From NCBI GenBank assembly GCA_023231475.1, contig JALJEE010002955.1, positions 1-35,788 on the forward strand: 35,788 bases of DNA, given 5' to 3'. Under the pieces are notes generated by a model. That model made no database searches. It had not been told where the DNA came from and saw only the letters and a program-made list of their open reading frames with translations. Of this stretch, positions 1 to 11,386 are shown piece after piece. Made by a program: the position numbers and the translations under genes. The number at the start of each line of letters is the position of its first letter. Within the stretch, counting starts at the first letter, position 1. Source of the stretch: Seison nebaliae (lineage: Eukaryota).

Positions 1-11
1 CATGTTCCCTA

Positions 12-1451
12 ATGCCATCTAAAATTATTTCAGTTAGGAATAAATTTTTGGAACATCCAGAACTGAAACATAATGATTTAAATTTGGTTGACGATAATTC
101 TAAAGGATTATTGTCAAAAATTGTTGATTGGACCTCCCAAACGGTTGAATATGGAATATCTGGAATGAATAATACTGTGGAGAGCTATAGAAGATCAAAC
201 CATCTTTTAACAACTTACATGTCCACTTTGACGAATTTTTTGCATTTTTTATTCTATGGAGGTGGTGGAGTTAATAAAGATGAATGTGTCATTCATATTT
301 TTCACGGAGGGAAATTAGATGAAGTAGCAACAGAAATAAAATATAATTCTCTTTTTCCCCGTAAAATAATGCTGGATGAAGATAGCGTCTCATATTTTCC
401 ACATTTGAGTATAATCTACATCGAAATTTTCTTTTCAATTTTTGAAGTTTTGAAAAATAAGGAAAATGTTACTTTGCAAAATTTCGAATCTCATTTACAT
501 ATACCATGGAGTGACAACACATTCCTGACAGAAGACTTATGGTTACCGAAAAAAACGGCCTATTTAGTGATAAGATATGGTTTACCTTCAACAGTATTTG
601 TCAGTTTTCAAGATAGAGGATATAATTACATGAATCAACCCGAACTAGTAACAATTATCGGAAGACCTGTAATTTTTCTAGTAAAAATGCTGAAAGAAAA
701 CCTGCGTATGTCTAACGAGGTCATAGGTCATACGAAAAAATCTTTCGATGAAACGAATGTTTTAGAAGTACTAAAATTAATGGAGAATGAAATAAAGATG
801 AGGTTTGCTCGGATAAAGATCAAATTACCACCAGAATTCTGGTGTGGAGATATTCCATGTAGAAAGCGGTTATTCAGCAATTGTCCAATGTACAAATATG
901 ACACTGAAGAATATACATTATTTGGGATAGCCTTTAGAAAATCTTCTTCCGTGTACGAAATTAAGACGAAATTAGATGAAATAATGATTGAAAATTTAGA
1001 ATACTCAACCGCGAAAGAAGAAACATTTAATATGGCGTTTAGTTATGTGATGAACCAGTTACAAGGATATAATGTAACGGACAGAATAGAAAAATACATA
1101 AGAAATTTCGCAGAAGAAATGGCGACGATAAAAACGGTAATGAATTTCAAATATATAAATCGATTGACGGCACGTCATAAAAATATATCTTTTCCAAAAA
1201 TAGACATTGTCAGTAAACCTGGTATGCATTCCGTTGCATTAGTCCGAACATTCAGTTTGAAGTGGTGGTATATTAATAATAATGATATTACACCTGTAAA
1301 GAATGTAAAAGAATTCATCTTAAACTTACAAATCTCATTAATTCCTGAATTAACTGCTTGGCAACGTATTTATAATGATGCGAATTTGTTGAAAAATTTA
1401 CGAGAAATTATTCAACCAATTAAATTGCCCACCACCAACCAAAAAATTTGA
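12..1451 (+). CDS. Intronless orphan protein of 479 aa or more, possibly a divergent USP (C19)-like pseudo-peptidase
   Basis: A long open frame in AT-rich DNA, also open upstream to the window edge. Weak motif resemblance to USPs: GISGMNNTV versus GLxNxGNTC, YTLFGIAF versus YxLxAV, and GMHSVALVR...KWWYINNNDI versus the His box. Coding status is fairly secure; the family call is weak. Confidence 0.6.
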   Translation: MPSKIISVRNKFLEHPELKHNDLNLVDDNSKGLLSKIVDWTSQTVEYGISGMNNTVESYRRSNHLLTTYMSTLTNFLHFLFYGGGGVNKDECVIHIFHGGKLDEVATEIKYNSLFPRKIMLDEDSVSYFPHLSIIYIEIFFSIFEVLKNKENVTLQNFESHLHIPWSDNTFLTEDLWLPKKTAYLVIRYGLPSTVFVSFQDRGYNYMNQPELVTIIGRPVIFLVKMLKENLRMSNEVIGHTKKSFDETNVLEVLKLMENEIKMRFARIKIKLPPEFWCGDIPCRKRLFSNCPMYKYDTEEYTLFGIAFRKSSSVYEIKTKLDEIMIENLEYSTAKEETFNMAFSYVMNQLQGYNVTDRIEKYIRNFAEEMATIKTVMNFKYINRLTARHKNISFPKIDIVSKPGMHSVALVRTFSLKWWYINNNDITPVKNVKEFILNLQISLIPELTAWQRIYNDANLLKNLREIIQPIKLPTTNQKI

Positions 1452-1842
1452 TTATCTAAATATCGTTACTAATTAAACTATAACAATAACTAATTTCATT
1501 ATATTAATTTCGATAAAAGTTTAATCATTTTAAACTTCTTCATCAGAGAATAGTTTAAGAAAGTAAACATACCGTTAACATGAATAAATGAACAACGTAA
1601 TATAATAGAATAATAATAAATGAAAGAGAATACGTATGTGATTTGAGAAAGAAGAAATGATTGTAAGACTGAATCACTTTGTAAATTTAGTTTGTGAAGG
1701 ATAGCTATTAGCTATTGGTCATTAAATGTCTGTTATAATTCTCTCAGAGGAAATGGGAGAGACATTAATGACCATTAAATGATTAGCTGAATAATTTATT
1801 GAATTTTTTTTATTTGTTTTACGTTAATTTTTTGTGGAATCG

Positions 1843-4800
1843 ATGGAAGAAGAAGAGAAGATGAACGGGCCACAACGAAATGAAATGAAGAATGAGGTTC
1901 AATTTTCTGATGACGATCGAGACGACGACGAAGAAGAAGAAGAAAAAGAAGAGGATGAAGAGGTCAGTTCAAATTAAATTATAACTCAATTGTCAATATT
2001 CTCATCTAATGATTTTGTATTGTGTCTTTTTTAATACGTCATCATCGAGGAATCTTTGTTTCCCTTCAATCTTTTCCGTCATCGTTATTCATTTCAGAAA
2101 GATCATCTGAATTTAACGTAATAAACAACATTCAAATAATGAATTGGCTCTATTTTCAGAATACATCGTTTATTCGTGTCGGTGTCTGTGCAATGGAGAA
2201 GAAATCATCTTCTAAACCGATGAGATCGATTCTCGATCGACTGCTCAATTTTCCTTTTATCAAAATAATCGTCTTCCCCGAAAATGTCATTCTTCACTCT
2301 CCCATTACACAATGGCCACAAGTTTTATTTTTTGAAAATTTTAAATTATTCAAATTATTTAGGTGAATTGTCTAATCGCATTCCATTCGAAGGGATTTCC
2401 TTTAGCGAAGGCATTGGCTTATGTGGAACATGTTCGACCATTCCTCATTAACGATCTCAATTATCAGTGGGTTCTACAAGATCGGATGAGTGTCAGTGAA
2501 ATTTTAGGAGAGAATGGAATCGATCAACCGAGATGGGCTGTCAAATTACACAACGATGGGAAAATAGTGAAAGAGGAAGACGATTATATCGATATTGATG
2601 GAGAAATTTTTCAAAAGCCATTCGTAGAGAAACCAGTAAATGCTGAAGATCATAATATTCATATTTATTTCCCACCAACTGCTGGTGGTGGATCGCAGAG
2701 ATTATTCCGTAAAATTGGAAGTCGTTCGTCGGTATATACGGGAGAAAATAAAATCCGTCGAAACGGTGATTATATTTATGAAGAATTCATGCCAACTGAT
2801 GGAACGGATGTAAAAGTATATACAGTGGGACCAGATTATGCTCATGCCGAAGCGAGAAAGTCACCAGCACTTGACGGAAAAGTAGAACGAGATGCAAATG
2901 GTAAAGAAGTTCGCTATCCGGTAATGTTGAAAGCGAATGAGAAATTGATCGCGAGAAAAATTTGTTTAGCATTTAAACAAACCGTTTGTGGATTTGATTT
3001 TTTACGATCTGGTGGCAAATCGTATGTTTGTGATGTGAACGGATTTAGTTTCGTGAAAACTTCGGAGAAATATTATGAAGATTGTGCTCAAATTTTAGGA
3101 ACGATGATCATTCAGGAATTGGCACCAACATTCAAATTACCAATCACCATACAAAGAGCGACAGATGACGCTCCTATTGTACCGACGACAACTGGAACGA
3201 TGATGGAATTAAGATGTGTCATCGCCGTCATACGACACGGAGATCGAACTCCTAAACAAAAAATGAAGATGGAAGTTCGTCATCCTCTGTTAGTGAATTT
3301 TAATGAGAAATTGAAAAATTTAGAAAATTTTTTTTATAGTTTCTTCGAATTATGTTCCAAATATGATGATGGAAGTAAAGGTCAATTGAAATTGAAACGA
3401 CCATATCAATTGCAGGAAGTTCTCGATATCGCCCGGAAGCTCATACAGGAATGTGATAAAGCGAATTCGGACATTGTCCCTGGATCGAATGAACCCAGAA
3501 CGAAATTACTACAAATGAAAAGTGTTTTAGAAATGTTAATTTCATTCGATATCCATCAGGAATTTGATTAACTTGCTTTTCTATTAGGTATGGTCATTTT
3601 TCGGGAATCAATCGTAAAATTCAATTTAAATTAAATCGAAAGAAAAAAAATAAGAAAGGTAATAATGAAGATGATTATGCTTTATTACTCATTCTAAAGT
3701 GGGGCGGTGAATTGACAAAAGCCGGACGACATCAAGCGGAAGAATTGGGAAAATGTTTCCAGAAAATGTATCCGGGTGGTCAAAATGAAGGTGGCGCTCC
3801 AGAAACAAGTTAATTATTTTCATTTAAATTTATCTAATCTATTGTTGTTGTTGTTGATGTTGGTATTGAACGAATTGATATTTACTATAAAGTCATAAGA
3901 AATGCTTGGAGAGGTATCATTCTTCCCATTTATTATTTTTCTTCTCATTCCACTTTTATTTTATCTATGTATCACTCATCAATTAATTATATTTGGATTA
4001 ATGTAACTTTATTACGCTTAATTAATAATAATTTAATTATTTTCATTAATTTCAAATTTTTCATTTTTAGCTGTCACATCCAATGTTTTACATAATCGAC
4101 CAGATGTTGGTCTCCTCAGGCTTCATTCGACATATCGACATGATCTTAAAATTTATGCAGCTGATGAAGGACGTGTACAAATGACAGCTGCCGCATTCAC
4201 CAAAGTACACATTCAACTTATTTACAAATCTTTAACATTTCTCTTTCTTAGGGTCTATTGGCATTGGAAGGTGAATTAGCGCCAATTCTTGTTCAAATGG
4301 TGAAATCGGCCGATACGAACGGATTATTGGAAGATGATACGATTGCCCAAGATGAAATTAACAAGTTTAATTAATTTTTTTTGCATTATAAAAATATATA
4401 TTATTATAATTATCATAACAATCGATTTAGAGTGAAAGACGTCCTCAAAACTTATTTCCATGATAAGAATTTTACAGAAGAAGAAATTCATGAAGTTATT
4501 TCCATTTCGTCTCCAAATTTTAACATTTAAATTTCTCATTTTTTTTTAGTTAGCAAACGATAGTTCGATTTCCGTATTGAACACTTGTTACTTTTTGAAA
4601 AATCCGGTGAAAGCTTGTCAGACAGTTCTCGAACATTTGAAAGCAATGGTAAAATTAATTCAGAATCATATCGCCAATCGCAGTGTCTATGGTTTGAAAT
4701 TTGGTGAATTTAGAAAAATAAATTTTTGTTAAAGAAAAAAAATTGTATCATAGTGAATCATGGGAATTGTTGCTGAGGAGATGGTCGAAATTACAGAAAG

Positions 4801-7096
4801 ATTTTTATCGAGAAGAAAAGGCTGATTTTGATATTTCAAAAATTCCTGATATTTATGATGGAATCAAATATGATATTCTTCACAATCAACGCATTCTGCG
4901 ATATCCAAAAGCTGCCGAATTTTTCACCATATCGAAAGCGTTAGCTGATTTGGTCATTCCATTGGAATATGGAATTGCCGTTGATGAAAGATTGAAAATC
5001 GCTCAAGGAATTGTTGCTCCATTATTGAGGAAGATAAAGATCGATTTAGAACGGACAATGAGAGAGATTGATGATGATATTGGAAGTAAATTAAATCCGC
5101 AGTTTTATTTCTTTTAAAATTTTTCTTCTTTCAATTTCCCATCAGATATTTGGCATCGAAAGGAATTCGCACCCCTAGTCGACATGTACGAACTCGATTA
5201 TATTTCACATCTGAATCACATGTCCACTCTCTACTTAACGTCATCCGTTATGGTGGATTATTTGGCGTTAGTTTTTTTTTCAAATTTTTTCAAATTTTTT
5301 TTACCGGAAATTTTTTTTCAGTCCAATGACGGTCAAGGACGTCGTGCAAACGCTTACGTGAGCGCAGTGAGTGAATTGAATTATCTGACACAGATTGTCA
5401 TCATGTTACATGAAGATCGAACGAAATCTCTTGATTCGGAAGAGAGATTTCACGTAGAAATCCATTTTTCACCCGGAGTCATCACTGGAACTCAGAATCA
5501 AGAAATGAAGAGAATGGACAATGAACAAATTATGGCTGAATCGAATAAGAATTGGGTGATTCATGAGGAGCGATTACAAAATTTAATATCAGCCAGTCAT
5601 CAACGAATGCCATCAAGTAAATCAGATTCGATCGGTAGATTTGAAATTGAATCAGTGAACGATTTAAATCAGAAGTCATTGAAGAAAAGTCAATCGCATC
5701 ATTCGCAGAATTCTCTAAATTATCAATCAGATCGACCACGAAAAGAAATGAAAGAAGTGAGAAGTTTATTTCGGAAGAGAAATGATGATAATAAACATGA
5801 AATGAGAAAAGGAATGAAAAAAGAGAAAATTATTAATGACGAACATCAAGATCGAACATCAACCGGATCTACTGACGATGATACTCATTATCATACCGTA
5901 CATGGATGGCCGTTAGGTCAAGGACAATTTGTTCAAGCTAAAGATCGTATTAATCATTTGCCGATGATGGGAACATTGAGGAAAGCAGCGGATTATGATT
6001 GTGGTTATAATTCCGATCCACCAACAACTACCAGATCGAATGAAACGATAACGAATGAAACATATTCGAATATGGAACAAATTCGTTCACTTTCTTATTC
6101 TGATCAAATTATTAATAGTCGTTATCCAACATTAAATGATAAACGTTATCGTCATCCAAGTCAAATGACAACTCCGAGTGGCAAATCACGATTCTTTAAC
6201 GGAAAACGACTCGTTCAATCCGAATTGAAACGACGAATCGATAATCGATTAACTTGTGGTATTTTCAGTACACGTGTCATTAAAGGACGAACGGCATCAC
6301 TTGATTCTTGTATCGATACCGAATCATCCTACAGAAAACGAGATAGTGTTCTCGACGAATTTAGATCGATGAATGATAAGTCTCGTACGAATCAACCAAT
6401 AAATGGTTCGGACGTTGAAAGAACTATTTCCGTGTCTTCTATTCCACCAATACTCAAACAAATCGCCACTGCTACTAATGTTCTCGAACCGACACTAATT
6501 CAACCAGGAGCCGTCGAATATTCATTGGCATTACCATTACAATATTATATGGCCAGAGAAGAAACGGTCTCCGAACATAGTAGTCGATCGACTGGATGTG
6601 GAAGTGTCGGAGCTCTACCACAATCGAGTAAATTATATGATCTCCAACAACAGAACACACAAATGTCGAAGAATCAAGATGATGCTGGGAAGAATTTAGA
6701 TGAGATTTTGAAAGATAACGAAACTAAAACTAATCGATATGGATCGAGTAAAGGAAAGAACTCTTCGAAATTCCGTAATCGATCAGCTGCCAATTGGACA
6801 GGAAGTGACACGGCAATTCTTCGTTCAAGAAAAATGTCTTCCAAATATATTCGTTCGAAAGAAAAAGGTTTTGTTCAGTTTTTTGTTTAAAATTTAAAAA
6901 ATTTTTAAATTTTCTTTTTTTTTTCATATAAATAATATAAATTTTTTCAATTCCGGTAGATGGAGATTCAACGATTGATGCCGAACCGTTTATCGTTCCA
7001 TTGGAAACGTTACATAATAAAATGTCTTGGAAACAGATGGATAACTTCCTGGCTCGGATGGTACACGCCGCCTCGGAAAACAGCCCATCAGGTTAA
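1843..7096 (+). CDS. PPIP5K: Inositol hexakisphosphate/diphosphoinositol-pentakisphosphate kinase (PPIP5K/VIP1), 13 exons
   Basis: Exons: 1843-1962, 2160-2321, 2363-3288, 3340-3534, 3588-3808, 4071-4204, 4252-4364, 4431-4494, 4550-4691, 4735-5101, 5146-5266, 5322-6867, 6960-7096. All joins are GT-AG and phase-consistent. ATP-grasp kinase motifs: [41 protein letters not shown]. Histidine-acid-phosphatase motifs: [56 protein letters not shown]-terminal PLETLHN. Confidence 0.96.
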
Positions 7097-7829
7097 AATT
7101 ATAATACTTGTGTTCAGGAAAAAAAGTGTGGCGGGAATTTGAAATTTAATTTGATTTTCGCATTTTCACAATTGGACATAAATTTATCTGGGGTAATTCT
7201 CTTCCCGTTGTTTTTAGAAAAAAGAATTATTATAATTTAACATGAATCTAATTCTCTTCTGTTTTCATTCACAACAACTTAGCGAGGAGACATTTTCTAT
7301 CTTTCTCTGAGTTCATTGGTGGTGAGTGAACGAGAAATGTTTTTCTATTTCGATTGACGACCGAACCAATTGTAAGTTCTACAACATCCCCTTATCATTT
7401 CTTTTTTTAATTAACATCCATCTATTCTTTTCTCCCACGAACTCAATTTGACGATTTTAAAATATTGCCAAGATATATCTACTGAGAAGAACTTCCGAAA
7501 AATACCTCTGTCTTTAGACCATCCAATTTAGACACACACATACACACAATTCTTTCCATTTTACCATTTGTCTCCGATTCAAGCAGAAAAACTGATTCTT
7601 GACAATTCTGATTGTTTCTCCATTTTTCTGAAAAATCTAATTTTTTTATTCGATTTATCGATTCTTTATAGTCTGACTCTTCTTCCCATCAAACATCCTC
7701 AAAAAAATTTTCTTTTATTCAAAAAAAAAAAATTCAAAAATCTTCTCCCCTCAAAATCATTAATGGAAAAACATTCTTCTTTTTGTATGTGGCTATTTAG
7801 TATCGCAGAAATCTTCCGATTATAGTCAC

Positions 7830-9323
7830 TTGGAACGGAAATTTGTTGAATCAGTTTACCAATCTGTATTGAGGACGAAATCTAACCAATTACGTCCGAA
7901 AGATTTACGTCGTGTCAAATTCAACAAATCGAAAGAAAATGATGTTGGTGTGTCAGTGGACGATAATCGGAAAGACGAAGAAGAGAAACGAGGAAAATTA
8001 TTGAAAATACCAACTGTCCCTGACGGTGTTTCATCGCAATCGACAATTCAGGATTCAAGAGAGAAATTCCCACCAAAAGTAAAAGGATTCACTTTTGATG
8101 AAGTGATGGAAATTCGACAAAAGAAACAAGAGAAGAAAGAAATGACAAGACAGAACGAAGTGAATGTTGTCGATATGAATGATAGTAATTCGATTATTGC
8201 TGCGATACAACCAATTTGGATAGCTGAAGAAGAATTAGAAATTAATATTGAAAATGGTCCGTCTGTCACATTAGTCAGTGATCGAATTGATTCTGCTCAA
8301 ATGGCTGAAGAGAATTTGGATGAAGAAAAAGAATCGACTTCTATTGAGGAAACAACTGAAAATTATGATTCGCCCAGTATCCTAACGATGGAAACATCTG
8401 AGAATCGACCGTCAACTGAATCGGCAAAAGAGAAAATAAAATCGGGAAAAGAGAAAGATGTCACTCGTTCAAGAACATCATCATGTATTGATGTTGTGAA
8501 GAAGAAAAAGAAGAAACTTCGACGAGAACCGTCAGTGGAAGAAGTTGTGAAAACGATTCAAATGGAAAAAGACAGAAAGAAAGTTGGAAGGAAAAATCCG
8601 ATAAAATTGAATAGTTTAGACAAAGGAAATTTTCGATCATTATCAACTGGTAAATTATTCGATTCAACCGAACGATTGTTAGCGGAACCGGCAGGAAAAA
8701 AATATTTATTAACTTCCATTTCTTGTGATACTTTCATCACAAACGAATCCTCAAATGTTCTTACCAAATTGGATTTATCTGATACTCATCTACCGGAAGT
8801 GATGCACGAAGTTGTTTATGATCGAACTTCAACTGTCACTGGTAAATCGAGACGAGCCATCCAACAAGACAATACGGCTTGGACACCGTTCTCTAGACCG
8901 AAAGCAAACAAGGAACAAGAAGCGAACGGAAGCTCAACACTCGGAACGAGTAGTGACACGAATTATTTATTTGTGAAAACTTCTTCTAATTTCTCTAGTC
9001 GATCTGATACAAGAAAAGGAAACAAACTGTCACCGAACGAAACGAACGGAAATCCAAAAGTGTCACAGAAACAAAAGAAACATTTATCCGATACATCCGA
9101 ACAATATTTATCGAAAGAGCATAGTAGTTCTTCTATGATCTGCTCCGATTCCTCCCCACAACATGGCGTGCTGACTCATGAAAAGTGTTATTACTACAAG
9201 AAATCTTCCACCAATGACACTTTTCAACAACAAATTCAACAATACGTCAACCACATCTTGCATGCTGCACATCGACGCTTCACTGAACAGCAGAATGAAG
9301 AAAACGTGGAAGAAGAAATGTAA
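7830..9323 (+). CDS. Uncharacterised, largely disordered K/E/S-rich protein of about 500 aa
   Basis: 497-codon open frame with AATAAA near 9410 after the stop. The listed start is TTG. The real start is probably an upstream mini-exon (ATG 7763 is a candidate) spliced to the acceptor ttatag ending at 7825. Confidence 0.7.
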   Translation: MERKFVESVYQSVLRTKSNQLRPKDLRRVKFNKSKENDVGVSVDDNRKDEEEKRGKLLKIPTVPDGVSSQSTIQDSREKFPPKVKGFTFDEVMEIRQKKQEKKEMTRQNEVNVVDMNDSNSIIAAIQPIWIAEEELEINIENGPSVTLVSDRIDSAQMAEENLDEEKESTSIEETTENYDSPSILTMETSENRPSTESAKEKIKSGKEKDVTRSRTSSCIDVVKKKKKKLRREPSVEEVVKTIQMEKDRKKVGRKNPIKLNSLDKGNFRSLSTGKLFDSTERLLAEPAGKKYLLTSISCDTFITNESSNVLTKLDLSDTHLPEVMHEVVYDRTSTVTGKSRRAIQQDNTAWTPFSRPKANKEQEANGSSTLGTSSDTNYLFVKTSSNFSSRSDTRKGNKLSPNETNGNPKVSQKQKKHLSDTSEQYLSKEHSSSSMICSDSSPQHGVLTHEKCYYYKKSSTNDTFQQQIQQYVNHILHAAHRRFTEQQNEENVEEEM

Positions 9324-10072
9324 ATTATATTCATCAAATGTCGAATTAGAAAAACAATTCTTGTTCATAAAACTATTGATTATTAGCGATTGTATTACGA
9401 TTTGTATTAAATAAATTCTTCGGTGATTTACTTAATGAAATTCTTTAAATTAATTATAATATAATTTAATTATTAAAGATATTTAACATTTTCATGATAT
9501 TTAATTTAATCAATTATTCATCAAATCATTTGCATGTTTGAAAGAAATTTGTTTTGGAATTGGTAGAAATTGGAATTAGATAAGAATAATTTTATTAACT
9601 CTTTTGAAAATTGTCGATTATGAAACAAGATCGTTTTGATTCGAAATGAATGTTTAGTTTTTCTTTGAGAAAAAAGGAATTTACTAGGAGATTGCTAGAT
9701 GAACTAAATGTGTATGGAATGAATATGAGTTGCAGCAAAATAGAAAGAGAGAGATAGAGAGGGGGTATGAGCAGAACGGAGTGAATAATTAGGAATTTCA
9801 AATGAGATAAAAGTCAAATGAAAAGGAAATAATATTTAGAGTTTCAGAAAATAAAACTAATTTCCTTTGAGGAGAAAATGAGAAAGGAGACTGAATGATA
9901 AATAATGAGAATGAACTGTAAAACGTCGAGAAAGGACGTTGAAAGGTATCTCGTAAATTTTTTGAGTTTCGATGATTTTTCAAAATTTTGTATTATCAAA
10001 ATAGAAATTGAAATAAGATGATGGAAATGAAACAACTGTTCATTTTGAAAATGATAGATGGTCCAATTCATT

Positions 10073-11386
10073 CTAACAACATGGATTGCATGGTACCGGA
10101 ACTGGACATGGTACATATTTGATACATGGAACTGGTACGGGACATGGTACCGGTACAGGACATCGTACGGGACATGGCACCGGACATGGAACCATCCGTT
10201 CAGGTCCGGGAACACAAATTGGTTGTGGACATGGTACGGGACATGGTACTGGTCGAATGCATGGAACAGGTATGAGTTTTGGTGGCATACAAACCGGTAC
10301 TGGACATGGAACTGGACATGGTCTGATACATGGAACTGGTACTGGACATCTAATTGGAATACCGATTGGTTGTGGGCATGGAACTGGGCATGGTACTGGT
10401 CGAATGCATGGTACTGGTACTGGTCTTGGACATGGAATTGGACATGGAACTGGTACAGGTCTTGGACATGGTACTGGAACGGGTTGTGGACATGGGACAG
10501 GTACTGGACATGGAACTCGGATTATTTGTGGTGGTGGGGGACATCCTCCTCCTCCCATTGGCATAGATGGCATTGGTGGTGGGCAACATGGCATTGGTGG
10601 TGGACAACATGGCATTGGTGGAGGCATTGGTGGTGGACAACATGGCATCGGTGGGGGCATTGGGGGTGGACAACATGGCATCGGTGGTGGACATGGACAA
10701 CATTGAGGTGGTGGTGGACATGGACAACAACCTCCACCCATTCCACCTCCCATACCTCCTCCCATTCCTCCCATTCCTCCAAATCCTCCTCCCATTCCTC
10801 CTCCAAATCCTCCTCTCATTCCTCCTCCGAATCCTCCAGCAGAACCACCTGAATGACCATGTGAAAATCCAGAACTGTTCATACTATAACCACCTCCGGA
10901 ACCGGTTGGCATTTGAGAGATGGTAATTTGGGGTGCTGGAACACAAATTACTCGGCTTTGAATTTGCGGCATTGGTATTGATGGCGGTGCATATGATGGT
11001 GCTGGTGGTGCATATTGAGGCATTGGAGCGGGTGCCGGCATTGGTGCAGGAGCTGGCATTGGTGCTGGTTGCGGAAGGTACTGTTGTGGTGCGGGTGGTA
11101 AGGTAATGTTATAAGTTGGAGCTCGCGCAGCTTGAGGTTGAGGGGCTGCAGGGGCACTTGGTGCAAATGCAGGGGCACTTGGTGCGTACGATTGTTGAGC
11201 TGGGGCGAATGTGGGTGCACTTGGTGCGTAAGATTGTTGAGCTGGTGCTGCGGCAATCGGCCTTCCAATCATCGCCATAACTTGAGCAGCTTGAGCTGAC
11301 ATTGGAATGACTGTTGATGGGAGAGCAGTACTGGAAGAACTCTGCGATGACTCACAGGGAGGCATTCCTGGTGGACAACACTGCAT
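10073..11386 (-). CDS. Cys/Pro-rich repetitive structural protein (PCPVPV and CCPPPMP repeats, Gly-rich linker, Ala/Pro/Gln N-terminus)
   Basis: Intronless 437-aa ORF with an ATG start and locally raised GC. The repeats are conserved at protein level with synonymous variation on this strand. No signal peptide. Confidence 0.85.
   Translation of the reverse strand: MQCCPPGMPPCESSQSSSSTALPSTVIPMSAQAAQVMAMIGRPIAAAPAQQSYAPSAPTFAPAQQSYAPSAPAFAPSAPAAPQPQAARAPTYNITLPPAPQQYLPQPAPMPAPAPMPAPAPMPQYAPPAPSYAPPSIPMPQIQSRVICVPAPQITISQMPTGSGGGYSMNSSGFSHGHSGGSAGGFGGGMRGGFGGGMGGGFGGMGGMGGGMGGGMGGGCCPCPPPPQCCPCPPPMPCCPPPMPPPMPCCPPPMPPPMPCCPPPMPCCPPPMPSMPMGGGGCPPPPQIIRVPCPVPVPCPQPVPVPCPRPVPVPCPIPCPRPVPVPCIRPVPCPVPCPQPIGIPIRCPVPVPCIRPCPVPCPVPVCMPPKLIPVPCIRPVPCPVPCPQPICVPGPERMVPCPVPCPVRCPVPVPCPVPVPCIKYVPCPVPVPCNPCC

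Noticed and set aside
7830..7870. LERKFVESVY resembling the TRMT9B/ALKBH8 'LEKQHVHxVY' motif
   Set aside because: No methyltransferase domain follows.
10058..11268. Several overlapping ORFs (Trp-rich, GHGTG-rich, STT-rich)
   Set aside because: Shadow frames of the repetitive Cys/Pro gene. Its codon repeats lack stops in other frames.
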